Shown here: piece after piece, positions 8,003 to 17,334 of the stretch
How positions within the stretch are numbered: the stretch's first letter is position 1
Layout of the letters: each line of letters starts with the position of its first letter
From: Clostridia bacterium
GTDB taxonomy: Bacteria > Bacillota > Clostridia > Christensenellales > CAG-138
Reading direction: 5' to 3'
DNA: 64,000 nt
Assembly: GCA_016293975.1 (NCBI GenBank)
Contig: JAEDCW010000001.1
Coordinates: forward strand, 24,069-88,068
Position numbers and translations under genes: made by a program
Notes under the pieces: model-generated
The model's input: only the letters and a program-made list of their open reading frames with translations
Told to the model about the DNA's origin: nothing
Database searches by the model: none

Positions 8003-9508
8003 TTATCCATGCAGATTTACCTGTGGATACCCTAACCTTGCCTGCTTTTTCATAAGCTCCAATGCCTGCTCCTTTGAATCAAACAGCATGAGCTCAAGCC
8101 CGACATTCGGCGTCAGCATTCCGAGCTTTACGAGCTGTATAATGAGTTCGTTGTGCGCAAGCACGCTGAATCTATTCTGCTTCTGTGCCTTTACCGATAC
8201 ACTCATGCCAAGCGGACGCATTGCGCAGTCGCAACCTTTATGTGCTTCCGTCAAGCCATAAAACTCTATGTGGGCGTCAAGCTCCTGTTCAACCGCCTCG
8301 CAGAAAGCATCATGAACGAGCCTGAGTGCCATTCTCGAACGCTTGCTTGACATCTCCTGAAGCGCGCTTATCGCGCTTGCCGCCGTGACGCCTGCGGTCG
8401 AATTTCCCCGTGAAAACTCGTTTGCGCCTGATTCCTCCTTGACAGACTGTCTCATATTGTCTATGTATCCTATGAGATACGAGGGCAGAGGAGCAGTCGA
8501 GAACCAGCTGATACCCGAAAGGCTGTCGCCCCTGTGTACCTCCTTTGACCAGTCGCATAAGTCATCCGTGTCAAAGCCCGATGCGCCCGTTACAAGCAAT
8601 TTATTGTGCGATGAGAGCAGTGCGTTTTTGAGTACTATCTGGTCGAGTTTATCCGCAAGCTGCTGTCTGTCCGCAAACATATCCGAAACGGACAGTCCCA
8701 AACAACTTCCCTTTTTCGCATAAAGCGGCGTAACCACAAACGGGTATTTACCGTGTCTGTAGTAGCCCTGCGGCTTGATATATCTGCTGTCCTCGAGCAA
8801 CTGACCCCCTGCCAGTTTACACATATGAATTCTGTATATGTCCTGGCTCTCGTCGTATTCGCGCTCCCAGCATTCGATTAGCAGTATGCGCTCAGCTCCC
8901 GTATCCGCATTACCCATGCACAGGTCGTCTGCGGCGTCGGCGTGCATAAGCGCCTCATGCTTCGGGTAATGCGCCTTGTACCACTCACGAAGCTTGGGCG
9001 TGAACTTAAATACCGCACGTGAATCCTGTATGTCGGTGCAAGTTGGGTCAAACATAATGCTTCTGCAGTCTACATGACGTATGAAGCCTCCGCCCGCTCC
9101 ATAGCCGTCCCCCAGGTCACAGCCCGTCTCCTGTATCATGGTACCGCATACGAGCAAATCGTGTATAAGCTCCGCGTATTCTCTTGTATAGCGCGCTCTG
9201 TCGTGGTTTTCCCTAACAGCTTTCGTCAACCTCTCAGCAAGCGCTGTATGTTTGGCGTCGTCTGCCGTTATGACGGCCTCCGGCATTCCATCCATAAGGT
9301 CCGCCTTTATGTTCTCTACTGTCGAGAATATTATCGGCATAACAGGTCTGGGCTCCTTTGCATCGGTCTGCGGGATATCCCTCCACGAATCTCCGAAATA
9401 CATTCTCTCACAGCGCTCCATCCTCTGCCATTCCGACCTGTATGCGTCCGTATACTCGTAAAACAGCTCATAAAGCGCGTCCGCACGCGCTCTTTCATTC
9501 TTTGTCAT
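8003..9508 (-). CDS. Phage portal protein (putative)
   Basis: 501 aa, starting 18 nt after the terL stop with SD AAGGAGGA. The size, position and acidic, helix-rich sequence fit a portal. The call rests on context and general resemblance. Confidence 0.6.
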   Translation of the reverse strand: MTKNERARADALYELFYEYTDAYRSEWQRMERCERMYFGDSWRDIPQTDAKEPRPVMPIIFSTVENIKADLMDGMPEAVITADDAKHTALAERLTKAVRENHDRARYTREYAELIHDLLVCGTMIQETGCDLGDGYGAGGGFIRHVDCRSIMFDPTCTDIQDSRAVFKFTPKLREWYKAHYPKHEALMHADAADDLCMGNADTGAERILLIECWEREYDESQDIYRIHMCKLAGGQLLEDSRYIKPQGYYRHGKYPFVVTPLYAKKGSCLGLSVSDMFADRQQLADKLDQIVLKNALLSSHNKLLVTGASGFDTDDLCDWSKEVHRGDSLSGISWFSTAPLPSYLIGYIDNMRQSVKEESGANEFSRGNSTAGVTAASAISALQEMSSKRSRMALRLVHDAFCEAVEQELDAHIEFYGLTEAHKGCDCAMRPLGMSVSVKAQKQNRFSVLAHNELIIQLVKLGMLTPNVGLELMLFDSKEQALELMKKQARLGYPQVNLHG

Positions 9509-9526
9509 GTCAAAAAGTCCTCCTTA

Positions 9527-10867
9527 CTATATCGACAGATAACCTGCCTTGCTTTGCACAGTATCAAACGGCCCCGGTATGCGAGTCCTCTCCTTAGGTA
9601 TCACCCAAGCCCTCGACGGCCTCGACATTAGCGCATACCTCAGCGCTTCTGCGGCGTGATCCTCTCCGTCTGCGACATCCTCGTTGTTATACTTGTCGAA
9701 CACGAGTGTCGGAAGCGTCCTAATGAGATTCTCACAGCGCTCGAACGTCTGCCACATAGGTATGCCGTCCTCTCCGTGTGCGAGATATCCCCTCATGGTC
9801 TGCCAGCCTGCGACCCTCGAATTGTCCGACGGCGTAAGCGGAACTCCTGCCTTTGCAAACAGCTCTGCTATGGATTCTCCCACAAAGCCGCCCTCGCCCG
9901 TAAGTACAGCGCCTCGCTTTTGCCACATATCGGGAGATGCAACCGTGTACGCTATCGCCTCATCTGCGGTAAGCTCCACGATACGGCTTGCTACCTCGTC
10001 GGCACGGAGCTTGTTTACATACAACTCCCTGTAGGTGATTATTCTTCCCTCGGGACCTATGGCATGCCACAGCACACAGCACGGGTCATGATACCCCCAG
10101 TCCATTGAGCGAAACCGCCTCCATCGTGCCGGAATTGCATGTTCCCTTATGACGTGTTCCGTGCGTGAAAACTCTCCGAAGAACTGTCCGGCAAAGACAT
10201 CCCAGTCGCCGTTCAGATGAGCCCTTCTCAGCTCATACGGAAGCGCTTCAAGCTGTTTGATATACCCCGGATCCGCCTGCATCAATACCCTGTTGTCGTA
10301 AATTCTCGCCGGTATGAAGGCGTAATCCTCGGGTGTCTCTCCCTGCTCGAAGCGCCTGTCGATGAAAAGTCTTTTAACCCAGGCATGACCCACATTTCCG
10401 GGGTTGCAGGTGTAGTACATCCTAGGCTTGAAGTCTCCTCTGCTCGTTCTGTTGCAGGTACACATAAACTGCATCTGCTCAAACGTGAAGTGGGTCGCCT
10501 CCTCAAGCCCTATGACCTCGTACTCCCTGCCCTGATACCTGTATATGTCGTTTGGTGCATCGCAATAGCCAAGCATCAGCCGCGAGTTGTTCGGAAAAAG
10601 GAAAACTCTCTCTGTCGAGTTATACTCCACGATACCGCCAAGCTCATGCAGCAGGGGAATTACATGATTCTCGCGCAGCTCGGGGAGCGTGCGCCTCATA
10701 AGCAGGCAGTTGAGTCCGTCGTGAGCCAAGCAGAGCATAACGAGCTTCCGCCGCATCGCCCAGCTCTTGCCGCCGCCCCTTGCTCCTCCGTACGCGGTGT
10801 GCCTTGTGCGGCTCAGCAGAAACTCCCTCTGCCTCGGATTGGGTTCGCCCCTAAGATACAATTCCAT
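9527..10867 (-). CDS. terL: Phage terminase large subunit
   Basis: Walker A GGARGGGKS, Walker B-like YEVIGLEEAT, and nuclease-domain acidic motifs MDWGYHDP and DGEDHAAEALRY. SD GGGAGGA. Confidence 0.85.
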   Translation of the reverse strand: MELYLRGEPNPRQREFLLSRTRHTAYGGARGGGKSWAMRRKLVMLCLAHDGLNCLLMRRTLPELRENHVIPLLHELGGIVEYNSTERVFLFPNNSRLMLGYCDAPNDIYRYQGREYEVIGLEEATHFTFEQMQFMCTCNRTSRGDFKPRMYYTCNPGNVGHAWVKRLFIDRRFEQGETPEDYAFIPARIYDNRVLMQADPGYIKQLEALPYELRRAHLNGDWDVFAGQFFGEFSRTEHVIREHAIPARWRRFRSMDWGYHDPCCVLWHAIGPEGRIITYRELYVNKLRADEVASRIVELTADEAIAYTVASPDMWQKRGAVLTGEGGFVGESIAELFAKAGVPLTPSDNSRVAGWQTMRGYLAHGEDGIPMWQTFERCENLIRTLPTLVFDKYNNEDVADGEDHAAEALRYALMSRPSRAWVIPKERTRIPGPFDTVQSKAGYLSI

Positions 10868-10980
10868 AGCTTTCCTCCCTGACTTTCATCGCAATCAGCA
10901 TAAAGCACTGTTATATGCACCGTGGTTGCACCTTCCGTGCGTATACGTTGCAAACACGCCTGGACGCCGCAAGGCGATAG

Positions 10981-11011
10981 AAAAAAGACCGCAGTCCTTA
11001 AGACTACGGCC
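10981..11011 (-). terminator. Intrinsic terminator of the chrA pair
   Basis: Minus strand: GGCCGTAGTC-TTAAG-GACTGCGGTC (10 bp, two G-U pairs), then T6. Confidence 0.7.
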
Positions 11012-11034
11012 AAAACGTTATTTATAAATGCTCT

Positions 11035-11616
11035 TTATCTTAACAGATAGTTTATCCCTATACCTGCCGCCGCGCCTATGCTTATAAACACTATCGGATG
11101 TAGCTTCTTAAGCTGCTTTATGTTGGACACGACCAATATTAAAATAAACAGCACTAGCATGGGAATATCGACAGATGTTATAGTTGCACCAAGCCCCGAC
11201 CTCATATCTGCGCTAAAAATCGACACCTTAAGCACCGACATGCCTGCTGCGGCAATAAGTCCCGTCACTACGGGGCGTATTCCCGAAAACACACTGTCCA
11301 CCAAAGGATTTTGTCTGAACTTCTGCAATACCTTCGCGATTATGCTTATCGTAATGAACGATGGCAACACGATTGAGAAAGAAGCTACGAGCGCGCCCGG
11401 TACACCTGCCGCCGCAAAGCCCGAGTACGTTGCAAGGTTTATACCTATCGGTCCGGGCGTAGCCTCCGACACCGCTATCATATCCGTCAGCATCTCATGC
11501 GTCAGCCAATCGTATTTGCCTGCAAGCTCCATTAGAAACGGTATCGTCGCAAGTCCTCCGCCAACAGAAAACAACCCAATCTTGAAGAATTCGAGAAATA
11601 GTGTGAGGAATATCAT
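11035..11616 (-). CDS. chrA: Chromate transporter, short (half-size) CHR family protein
   Basis: 193 aa with the typical FKIGLFSVGGGLATIPF motif. It forms a pair with the adjacent half. Confidence 0.8.
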   Translation of the reverse strand: MIFLTLFLEFFKIGLFSVGGGLATIPFLMELAGKYDWLTHEMLTDMIAVSEATPGPIGINLATYSGFAAAGVPGALVASFSIVLPSFITISIIAKVLQKFRQNPLVDSVFSGIRPVVTGLIAAAGMSVLKVSIFSADMRSGLGATITSVDIPMLVLFILILVVSNIKQLKKLHPIVFISIGAAAGIGINYLLR

Positions 11617-12194
11617 TTGCCTTCTTCCTTTTCTCCGCTTTTATTCGCCGCACCCTTGTCGATGTACATTTTAACAATGCCGAAAAGACCTGCGCCGAGC
11701 ACGACCCAAACGGGCGAAGTGCCGAAAAAAGCAACGAGTGCAAAGCCAACTACGGAAAGCAGTATCCCCCATACGTTCTTAATACTCTTTTTGCACAAAC
11801 CTATGACCGCATTGACGATGAGCGCAGATACCGCCACCCTTATGCCCGAAAATGCGTACTGCACAGCCGGGACGTCTGAAAAGTTCGATAATAACGCCGC
11901 AATCAGCGATATTATGATTATGGACGGTGTGACGACGCCCGCAGTAGTGGCGATTGCCCCAACGACGCCGCGAAGCTTAATGCCCACAAATGTCGCCGTG
12001 TTTACCGCAATAACACCCGGTGTGCACTGACCTATCGCAAAGTATTCGAGAAGCTCCTCCTGAGTTGCCCAGCCGGTTTTATCTACGCATTCCCTTTCAA
12101 GCATAGGCAGCATAGAATACCCACCGCCGAATGTGAGCGCCCCTATCTTTACGAATGCCCAGAACATTTTTGCAATGCTTTCCCTTTTCTCCAT
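11613..12194 (-). CDS. chrA: Chromate transporter, short (half-size) CHR family protein
   Basis: 193 aa with FVKIGALTFGGGYSMLPM. It overlaps the downstream half-gene by 4 nt. Confidence 0.8.
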   Translation of the reverse strand: MEKRESIAKMFWAFVKIGALTFGGGYSMLPMLERECVDKTGWATQEELLEYFAIGQCTPGVIAVNTATFVGIKLRGVVGAIATTAGVVTPSIIIISLIAALLSNFSDVPAVQYAFSGIRVAVSALIVNAVIGLCKKSIKNVWGILLSVVGFALVAFFGTSPVWVVLGAGLFGIVKMYIDKGAANKSGEKEEGK

Positions 12195-12319
12195 ATTTCC
12201 TCCAAAGCTGTTACGGTAATTATATCACGATTTGCAGACCCTAAGCTCACATCTGTCAATGTCGTACGATACAAGTGTCATACAAAACGCGCATAAGTCG
12301 AACATACGCCATAAAACAG

Positions 12320-12342
12320 AAAAAAGACGGGGTTCGCCCGTC
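12320..12342 (-). terminator. Intrinsic terminator of the ECF sigma operon
   Basis: Minus strand: GACGGG-CGAAC-CCCGTC, then T6. Confidence 0.65.
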
Positions 12343-12434
12343 CTTATGTCATACAGCTTAGTAAGTCGCCTTACAGTACCTCGTCATACTATATTATTAG
12401 CAATACACACGAGTTTTCCGTTTGTTTTATGAGG

Positions 12435-12641
12435 TCACGGAAGCTTCTTGTACGCCGGATTAAACGTCTCTGCCTTTTCGGGGAGCGTCTTATACTCATA
12501 TGCTTTTGATTCGATATCGGTTATGCGCCTATCAATGACCTGTCCCCCTCCAATGCTGCCTGCGAGTGTGGCACCCGCAAACACTATTGCCAATGCGAGT
12601 ATCAGTGACAGTGCAATAACAGCAATAATACGTTTTTTCAT
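12435..12641 (-). CDS. Small single-pass membrane protein
   Basis: 68 aa with an MKKRIIAVIALSLILALAIVFAG anchor. It is the last gene before the terminator, downstream of the anti-sigma gene. Confidence 0.5.
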   Translation of the reverse strand: MKKRIIAVIALSLILALAIVFAGATLAGSIGGGQVIDRRITDIESKAYEYKTLPEKAETFNPAYKKLP

Positions 12642-12704
12642 ATGATAACCTCCTTGCTCAGTTGATAGTTATAGAGATACGGGCACGGTCATGCGCCCGT
12701 TTTT

Positions 12705-13490
12705 CTATTTAGTTTCGTTTTCGTTGAGCGTGCCCAGCCCCTTTATGATAGTGTCCACATCGAAACCTTCCGCTTCAACGTACATGAACGCCATTGCGTC
12801 TGTTCTCCAAAGCGCCCGGACGAGACCGTCCGTCTCCTGATCTATAACGCACTCGCCGACTTTAATTTGAACGTCCTGTACACCGGAGCAAAGCGCCACC
12901 ATGTAGTAGTGGGCAGAATCGCGCTCCGTAAGTGTGTACTTCTTCGCAATATCTATCTTGCTCGTCTTCCAGCCGTTTGCAAGCACGCTCTCGGGTATAA
13001 GCCCTTTTTCTCCGAGATCTCCGGCTTTACCTATAAATACTACCTCGGCGTCTTCCGCGAATGGCTTTATCTTCTTGAGATAGCCCGTTATGCTATTGCT
13101 CCTGGCGTTGGCGTCTACTTGGCCGCCGTTGCCACTTCCGCCCTTATACGCTTCATACATGGAATCTATAGTGGTCACATCGACAACCTGATTCGGAGTG
13201 GTCAACGGATTATCGCCATCCGAGTTACATGTCGGTTCAAGTTGTTGCGCATTGTTTACGAGACCGAGCTTCTCTCCGAAACCTCCCATAAACATAGCTC
13301 CCCCGATGCCAAGCAGCATGACAAATGCCGCCGCCATACTCGCGTACTTGATAAGGGACCGCTTGCTACGCACCCTGCGCTTTCTTTCGAGCTCAATCCT
13401 ATCCCTAAGCCCGGCAAAATTCACGTTCCTGTTCGCCTGCTCTGCGGTTTCACTCAACATTTTATCTATTTTGTTCTCATCAAAACCCAT
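12705..13490 (-). CDS. Putative anti-sigma factor (single TM, extracytoplasmic C-terminal domain)
   Basis: It overlaps the sigma gene stop by 11 nt. A short cytoplasmic N-terminus is followed by a basic stretch, the TM AAFVMLLGIGGAMFMGGF, and an outside domain of about 190 aa. Confidence 0.55.
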   Translation of the reverse strand: MGFDENKIDKMLSETAEQANRNVNFAGLRDRIELERKRRVRSKRSLIKYASMAAAFVMLLGIGGAMFMGGFGEKLGLVNNAQQLEPTCNSDGDNPLTTPNQVVDVTTIDSMYEAYKGGSGNGGQVDANARSNSITGYLKKIKPFAEDAEVVFIGKAGDLGEKGLIPESVLANGWKTSKIDIAKKYTLTERDSAHYYMVALCSGVQDVQIKVGECVIDQETDGLVRALWRTDAMAFMYVEAEGFDVDTIIKGLGTLNENETK

Positions 13491-13983
13491 TCTCTTCTCC
13501 CATGAGCTCCATTAACTGCGTTCTTGCCCTCGACATTCGTGACTTTATCGTCCCCTCCGTGAGATTCAACAAATCCGCTATTTCCGAATAGTTCATGCCC
13601 GAAAAATAGTGGAGCATTATCGGCTCGCGGTATATATCTGAGAGCTTACTGACAGCCTGCATCAAAAGCCGTTTTTTTTCGTCATCGAGAATCTGTTCAA
13701 GCGGCGTCAACCCGGTATCCGCTAAGTCAAACGGGGTCTCGTCGTATAGTGTCTCACGCTTTCTCTTCCGTATCAGGTCGAGAGATGCGTTTCTTGCTAC
13801 CCTGTACAGCCAACCCTTTAGCTGGACTTCGTTGTACTTTGAAATTACGCTCATCTTGTCGAGCGCTCGCAAGAACACTTCCTGAGTAATATCAAGTGCC
13901 TCATCACCGTTTTTCACGACGTTGTAGGCCACCCAGTAAACCAGGCGGGAGTATTGCTCATAAATCGAGTCGAAATCCCTCAT
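13480..13983 (-). CDS. ECF-type RNA polymerase sigma-70 family factor
   Basis: Region 2 (YEQYSRLVYWVAYNVV..DITQEVF) and region 4 (YSEIADLLNLTEGTIKSRMSRAR). The ATG at 13983 lies 7 nt after AAGGA. The longer ORF to 14082 is probably not used. Confidence 0.85.
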   Translation of the reverse strand: MRDFDSIYEQYSRLVYWVAYNVVKNGDEALDITQEVFLRALDKMSVISKYNEVQLKGWLYRVARNASLDLIRKRKRETLYDETPFDLADTGLTPLEQILDDEKKRLLMQAVSKLSDIYREPIMLHYFSGMNYSEIADLLNLTEGTIKSRMSRARTQLMELMGEENGF

Positions 13984-14119
13984 TCTTGAATCCTTACTAT
14001 CTAAACGCAGTTTCCCAACGAATAGTTGCGCCCGAGGCGTCTTTTTTTTTGTAATTATACCAGTATTGCCAAAATTGCACAAGTACCGCGCATGAAGCTA
14101 TATATTCTGATATTTGGGG

Positions 14120-14148
14120 TTTAACTACGAATTTCTACATGTTATAAT
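14120..14148 (+). promoter_or_regulatory. Candidate sigma-A promoter of the ornithine cluster
   Basis: TTTAAC-N17-TATAAT with a TGn extended -10 (ATGTTATAAT), 39 nt before the ord start. Confidence 0.45.
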
Positions 14149-14186
14149 CTGGTGAAAATTTCAAATCTTTTTTCGGAGGATAAATC

Positions 14187-15233
14187 ATGGAAAACGTCAA
14201 AGTTGCATTATGGGGATTCGGAGCAATGGGAAGCGGCATTGCAAAGGTTCTTCTTAATAAGAAAGGCGTAGACATCGTCGGCGTTTGCGACATTCATCCC
14301 GACCGTGTCAACAAGAGCATATATGAGCTTCTCGACGAGGACAGAAACGGTCGTTCCGATGTGTTTGTAAATCCCGATATTAAGGCAGTCGTATACGACA
14401 AGTGCTGTGACATCTGCGTCATAGCTACGGATTCGTTCACCAGGAAAGCTTTCGATAAGATAAAGTACGTCGTCGAGCAGGGCATCAACGTAGTCTCGAC
14501 CGCAGAAGAGATGAGCTATCCCAAGGCACAGGAACCCGAACTTGCGGCTGAACTCGACAGGCTCGCAAAGGAAAACGGTGTTTCGATACTTGGTACGGGC
14601 ATCAACCCCGGTCTCATGATGGACCTGCTCGCAATATGCCTCTCAGGCTGTATGACCGACGTCAAAAAGGTCACCTGCCGCAGAGTTAACAGTCTCTCAC
14701 CCTTTGGCCCCGCCGTTATGGAAGAGCAGGGCGTAGGCGTTACAGTCGATGAGTTCGCAAAGGGCGTTGAGAACGGCACGCTCGCAGGTCACGTAGGCTT
14801 TGCGGAGTCCGTGGGCATGATAGCCGAGGCATTGGGCTGGAAGGTGGATAAGTTTGAACAGCAGATGAAGCCCATCGTTACGAGCGTTGACCGTAAGTCT
14901 CCCTACGGCTTTGCTAAGGCAGGCGACGTAGCAGGCGTCAACATGACGGGTCAGGGCTACTGCGACGGCCAGCTCAAGATAGACATGTACCATCCCCAGC
15001 AGATCGAGCCCGAGATGGAAGGTACCCACACCGGCGACTACATCGTTCTCGAGGGCACACCTGCTGTCAATATGGCGATCAACCCCGAGGTCGACGGCGG
15101 CATAGGCACAATCGCAATGGTCGTAAACATGATTCCCCATGTCATCAACGCGAGACCGGGTCTCAAGACCATGCTGGATCTGCCCGTACCGAGAGCTATA
15201 ATGGGCGACTTCAGAGATTATATCGAAAAGTGA
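14187..15233 (+). CDS. ord: 2,4-diaminopentanoate dehydrogenase
   Basis: 348 aa with the N-terminal Rossmann motif VALWGFGAMGSGIA. It is the first gene of the canonical ord-ortAB-oraSE-orr cluster. Confidence 0.8.
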   Translation: MENVKVALWGFGAMGSGIAKVLLNKKGVDIVGVCDIHPDRVNKSIYELLDEDRNGRSDVFVNPDIKAVVYDKCCDICVIATDSFTRKAFDKIKYVVEQGINVVSTAEEMSYPKAQEPELAAELDRLAKENGVSILGTGINPGLMMDLLAICLSGCMTDVKKVTCRRVNSLSPFGPAVMEEQGVGVTVDEFAKGVENGTLAGHVGFAESVGMIAEALGWKVDKFEQQMKPIVTSVDRKSPYGFAKAGDVAGVNMTGQGYCDGQLKIDMYHPQQIEPEMEGTHTGDYIVLEGTPAVNMAINPEVDGGIGTIAMVVNMIPHVINARPGLKTMLDLPVPRAIMGDFRDYIEK

Positions 15234-15254
15234 TTATATAAAACGGAGGATACT

Positions 15255-15557
15255 ATGGCAAAAAAAGGCGATTGGGTCATGATACACAATATCGTGCTTA
15301 AACCCGAGGAGCGCTCTGCCAACCTGCCCGAGGACACAAAGAAAGTGCCTCTTGAGATGTGGGTAAAGGGCTACCTGCAAAGTGATGCAAAGCTCGGCGA
15401 TACTGTAACTGTTATCACACGCACCGGGCGCACAGCCGTAGGTGAGCTTGTCGACGAAGCGCCCCACTACGAACACAGCTTCGGCAGCCTCGTCCCCGAG
15501 GTGCTCAAGATAGGAGATACTGTAAGAAAGATTCTGTTCGGGGGTGAGGCCAAATGA
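15255..15557 (+). CDS. ortA: 2-amino-4-ketopentanoate thiolase, alpha subunit
   Basis: 100 aa. KKGDWVMIHNIVLKPEERSANLPEDTKKVPLEMWVKG is characteristic of OrtA. Confidence 0.85.
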   Translation: MAKKGDWVMIHNIVLKPEERSANLPEDTKKVPLEMWVKGYLQSDAKLGDTVTVITRTGRTAVGELVDEAPHYEHSFGSLVPEVLKIGDTVRKILFGGEAK

Positions 15558-16969
15558 AGGACATGAGCTACAACGGCGTTATGTCTCGTAAAAACGAAAT
15601 AATGCGCACAGCGGTAGGAATGGACTACTCACTCTTTGAGCGCGGAAAAATAGCGTTCGATTACGAAGCCATGATGGCCGCAACAGGCTATGACATAGAC
15701 GAGCTCGTTAGGATTCAGGGTCTTTTCTCTGTCGGCCACACGCCCATAATCGAGCTTAAGAACCTCACCGCATTGGCGAGAAGGTGTGCTCCCGCAGGCA
15801 AGGGCGCAAGGATATTCGTCAAGGACGAGGCGACAAACCCCTCCGGAAGTTTCAAGGCGCGCCGCTCCGCAACGAGCGTGTATCAGGCAAAGACACACGG
15901 CTATAAGGGCATAATTGCCGCAACAAGCGGCAACTACGGTGCGGCGGTAGCATCACACGCGGCAATGGCAGGCCTTAAGTGCATAGTCGTTCAGGAGTGC
16001 TACGACTCCAAGGGTATAGGTCAGCCCGAGATAATCGAAAAGGCAAGAAAGTGCGAGGCGCTCGGCGCAGAAGTAGTACAACTCACCGTAGGTCCGGAAC
16101 TCTTCTATACATTCCTGAAGCTACTCGAGGAGACCGGCTATTTCAACGCATCACTGTACACTCCGTTCGGCATCGCAGGCATAGAAACGCTTGGCTACGA
16201 GATCGTACATCAGTTCAGGGCTAAGCTCGGCAAGGATCCCGACGTAGTTGTCTGCACAAACGCAGGCGGAGGCAATCTTACGGGTACCGCTCGCGGTCTA
16301 AGAAAAGCGGGCTGCTCAGCTAAGGTCGTCGGCGCAAGCGTAAGTCTCGCAGGACTGCACATGGCGTCCGACACGCAGTTCAATAAAAAGTCTTTCACGA
16401 CGGGTCACACGGGCTTCGGCGTCCCGTTTACCACAAACCCCGACCGTTCCGACGTCCCCAGAAGCGCCGGCCGTCCCCTGCGCTACATGGACAGGTATGT
16501 CACGGTCACACAGGGCAGCGTATTCTACATAACCGAATGCCTTGCCTCGCTCGAAGGACTTGAGAAGGGTCCTGCAGGCAACACAGCGCTCGCCGCGGCA
16601 TTCAAGCTCGCTCAGGAAATGGACGAGGATCAGATTATCGTCGTTCAGGAGACAGAATATACCGGTGCCGGCAAGCATATCAATCCCCAGCTCTGGTTTG
16701 CACGCCAGAATGGTATAGACATCCACTTCGGCGACCCAAAGGACGAGGTTCCCGGAAAGAGCATCATACTTCCCGAGCACCCCTCGCTCATCGACGTTAC
16801 GGATGTCGATATGGACCATCTGAGGCATTCGAGAATAAAGAATGCTGTAGGAGATAAGATTTTTGAACTTACAGATACGGATATAGAGTACCTCGTTGCG
16901 GAGACAAACACGGACGAAGCGTATGTCAATGCCGTTCTTGAAGAACTGAAAAAAGGAGCAAAAGCATGA
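15554..16969 (+). CDS. ortB: 2-amino-4-ketopentanoate thiolase, beta subunit (PLP-dependent)
   Basis: 471 aa with a Trp-synthase-beta-like fold (NPSGSFKARR PLP-lysine motif). It overlaps ortA by 4 nt. Confidence 0.85.
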   Translation: MKDMSYNGVMSRKNEIMRTAVGMDYSLFERGKIAFDYEAMMAATGYDIDELVRIQGLFSVGHTPIIELKNLTALARRCAPAGKGARIFVKDEATNPSGSFKARRSATSVYQAKTHGYKGIIAATSGNYGAAVASHAAMAGLKCIVVQECYDSKGIGQPEIIEKARKCEALGAEVVQLTVGPELFYTFLKLLEETGYFNASLYTPFGIAGIETLGYEIVHQFRAKLGKDPDVVVCTNAGGGNLTGTARGLRKAGCSAKVVGASVSLAGLHMASDTQFNKKSFTTGHTGFGVPFTTNPDRSDVPRSAGRPLRYMDRYVTVTQGSVFYITECLASLEGLEKGPAGNTALAAAFKLAQEMDEDQIIVVQETEYTGAGKHINPQLWFARQNGIDIHFGDPKDEVPGKSIILPEHPSLIDVTDVDMDHLRHSRIKNAVGDKIFELTDTDIEYLVAETNTDEAYVNAVLEELKKGAKA

Positions 16970-17334
16970 AAAGAACCGACGATTACGAATCCAGAAGCGC
17001 ACATCTCAAGTCGCTGACGGACGAACAGCTCGAGGCTCGTTTCTGGGAGCTTGCAAACAAGCTCGTGGACCCTATGCTCAAAATGGGCTATGAGTACACG
17101 TCACCCTCGATTGAGCGCTCCGTTCTGCTTAGAATGGGCTTCTCCTCCATCGAGGCAAAGTCCATAGTTGACGGCTGTATTGAGCACAATCTTATAGGTC
17201 ACGGCGCAGGCAATGTAGTTTACAGGCTCTCCGTCGCCACAAAGACCGACATACGCACCGCAGGACTCGCGCTGTGCGAGGGCAAGCTTTGGCAGGAGGC
17301 CGAGGCACAGTTTGAGGGAGGTAACAAACAATGA
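16966..17334 (+). CDS. oraS: D-ornithine 4,5-aminomutase, S subunit
   Basis: 122 aa; the size, position and sequence fit OraS. It overlaps both neighbours by 4 nt. Confidence 0.85.
   Translation: MKRTDDYESRSAHLKSLTDEQLEARFWELANKLVDPMLKMGYEYTSPSIERSVLLRMGFSSIEAKSIVDGCIEHNLIGHGAGNVVYRLSVATKTDIRTAGLALCEGKLWQEAEAQFEGGNKQ

Larger units (their letters stand above)
7764..10867 (-). mobile_element. Prophage remnant: terL, portal and a micro-ORF only
   Basis: Only packaging genes are present. No capsid, protease, tail, lysis, integrase or repressor gene occurs anywhere in the window. The remnant is bounded by terminators at 10981-11011 and 7764-7790. Confidence 0.65.

Noticed and set aside
8003-8030. 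DnaA-box-like 9-mers (TTATCCATG, TGTGGATAC) near the portal gene stop
   Set aside because: Each is only an 8/9 match. They lie within or at the end of a coding region, and no cluster or AT-rich unwinding element is nearby. This is not an origin.
10981-11011. Shared AAAAAGACCGCAG...ACGGCC motif here and at 49422-49442, considered as a dispersed repeat element
   Set aside because: Both copies are simply GC-stem/T-run intrinsic terminators with similar stems. The similarity is confined to about 19 nt, and the loops and flanks differ.
14149-14186. Cobalamin riboswitch expected upstream of the B12-dependent aminomutase cluster
   Set aside because: The leader is only about 35 nt between the -10 element and the ord SD, far too short for a cobalamin riboswitch. 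No B12-box was seen.
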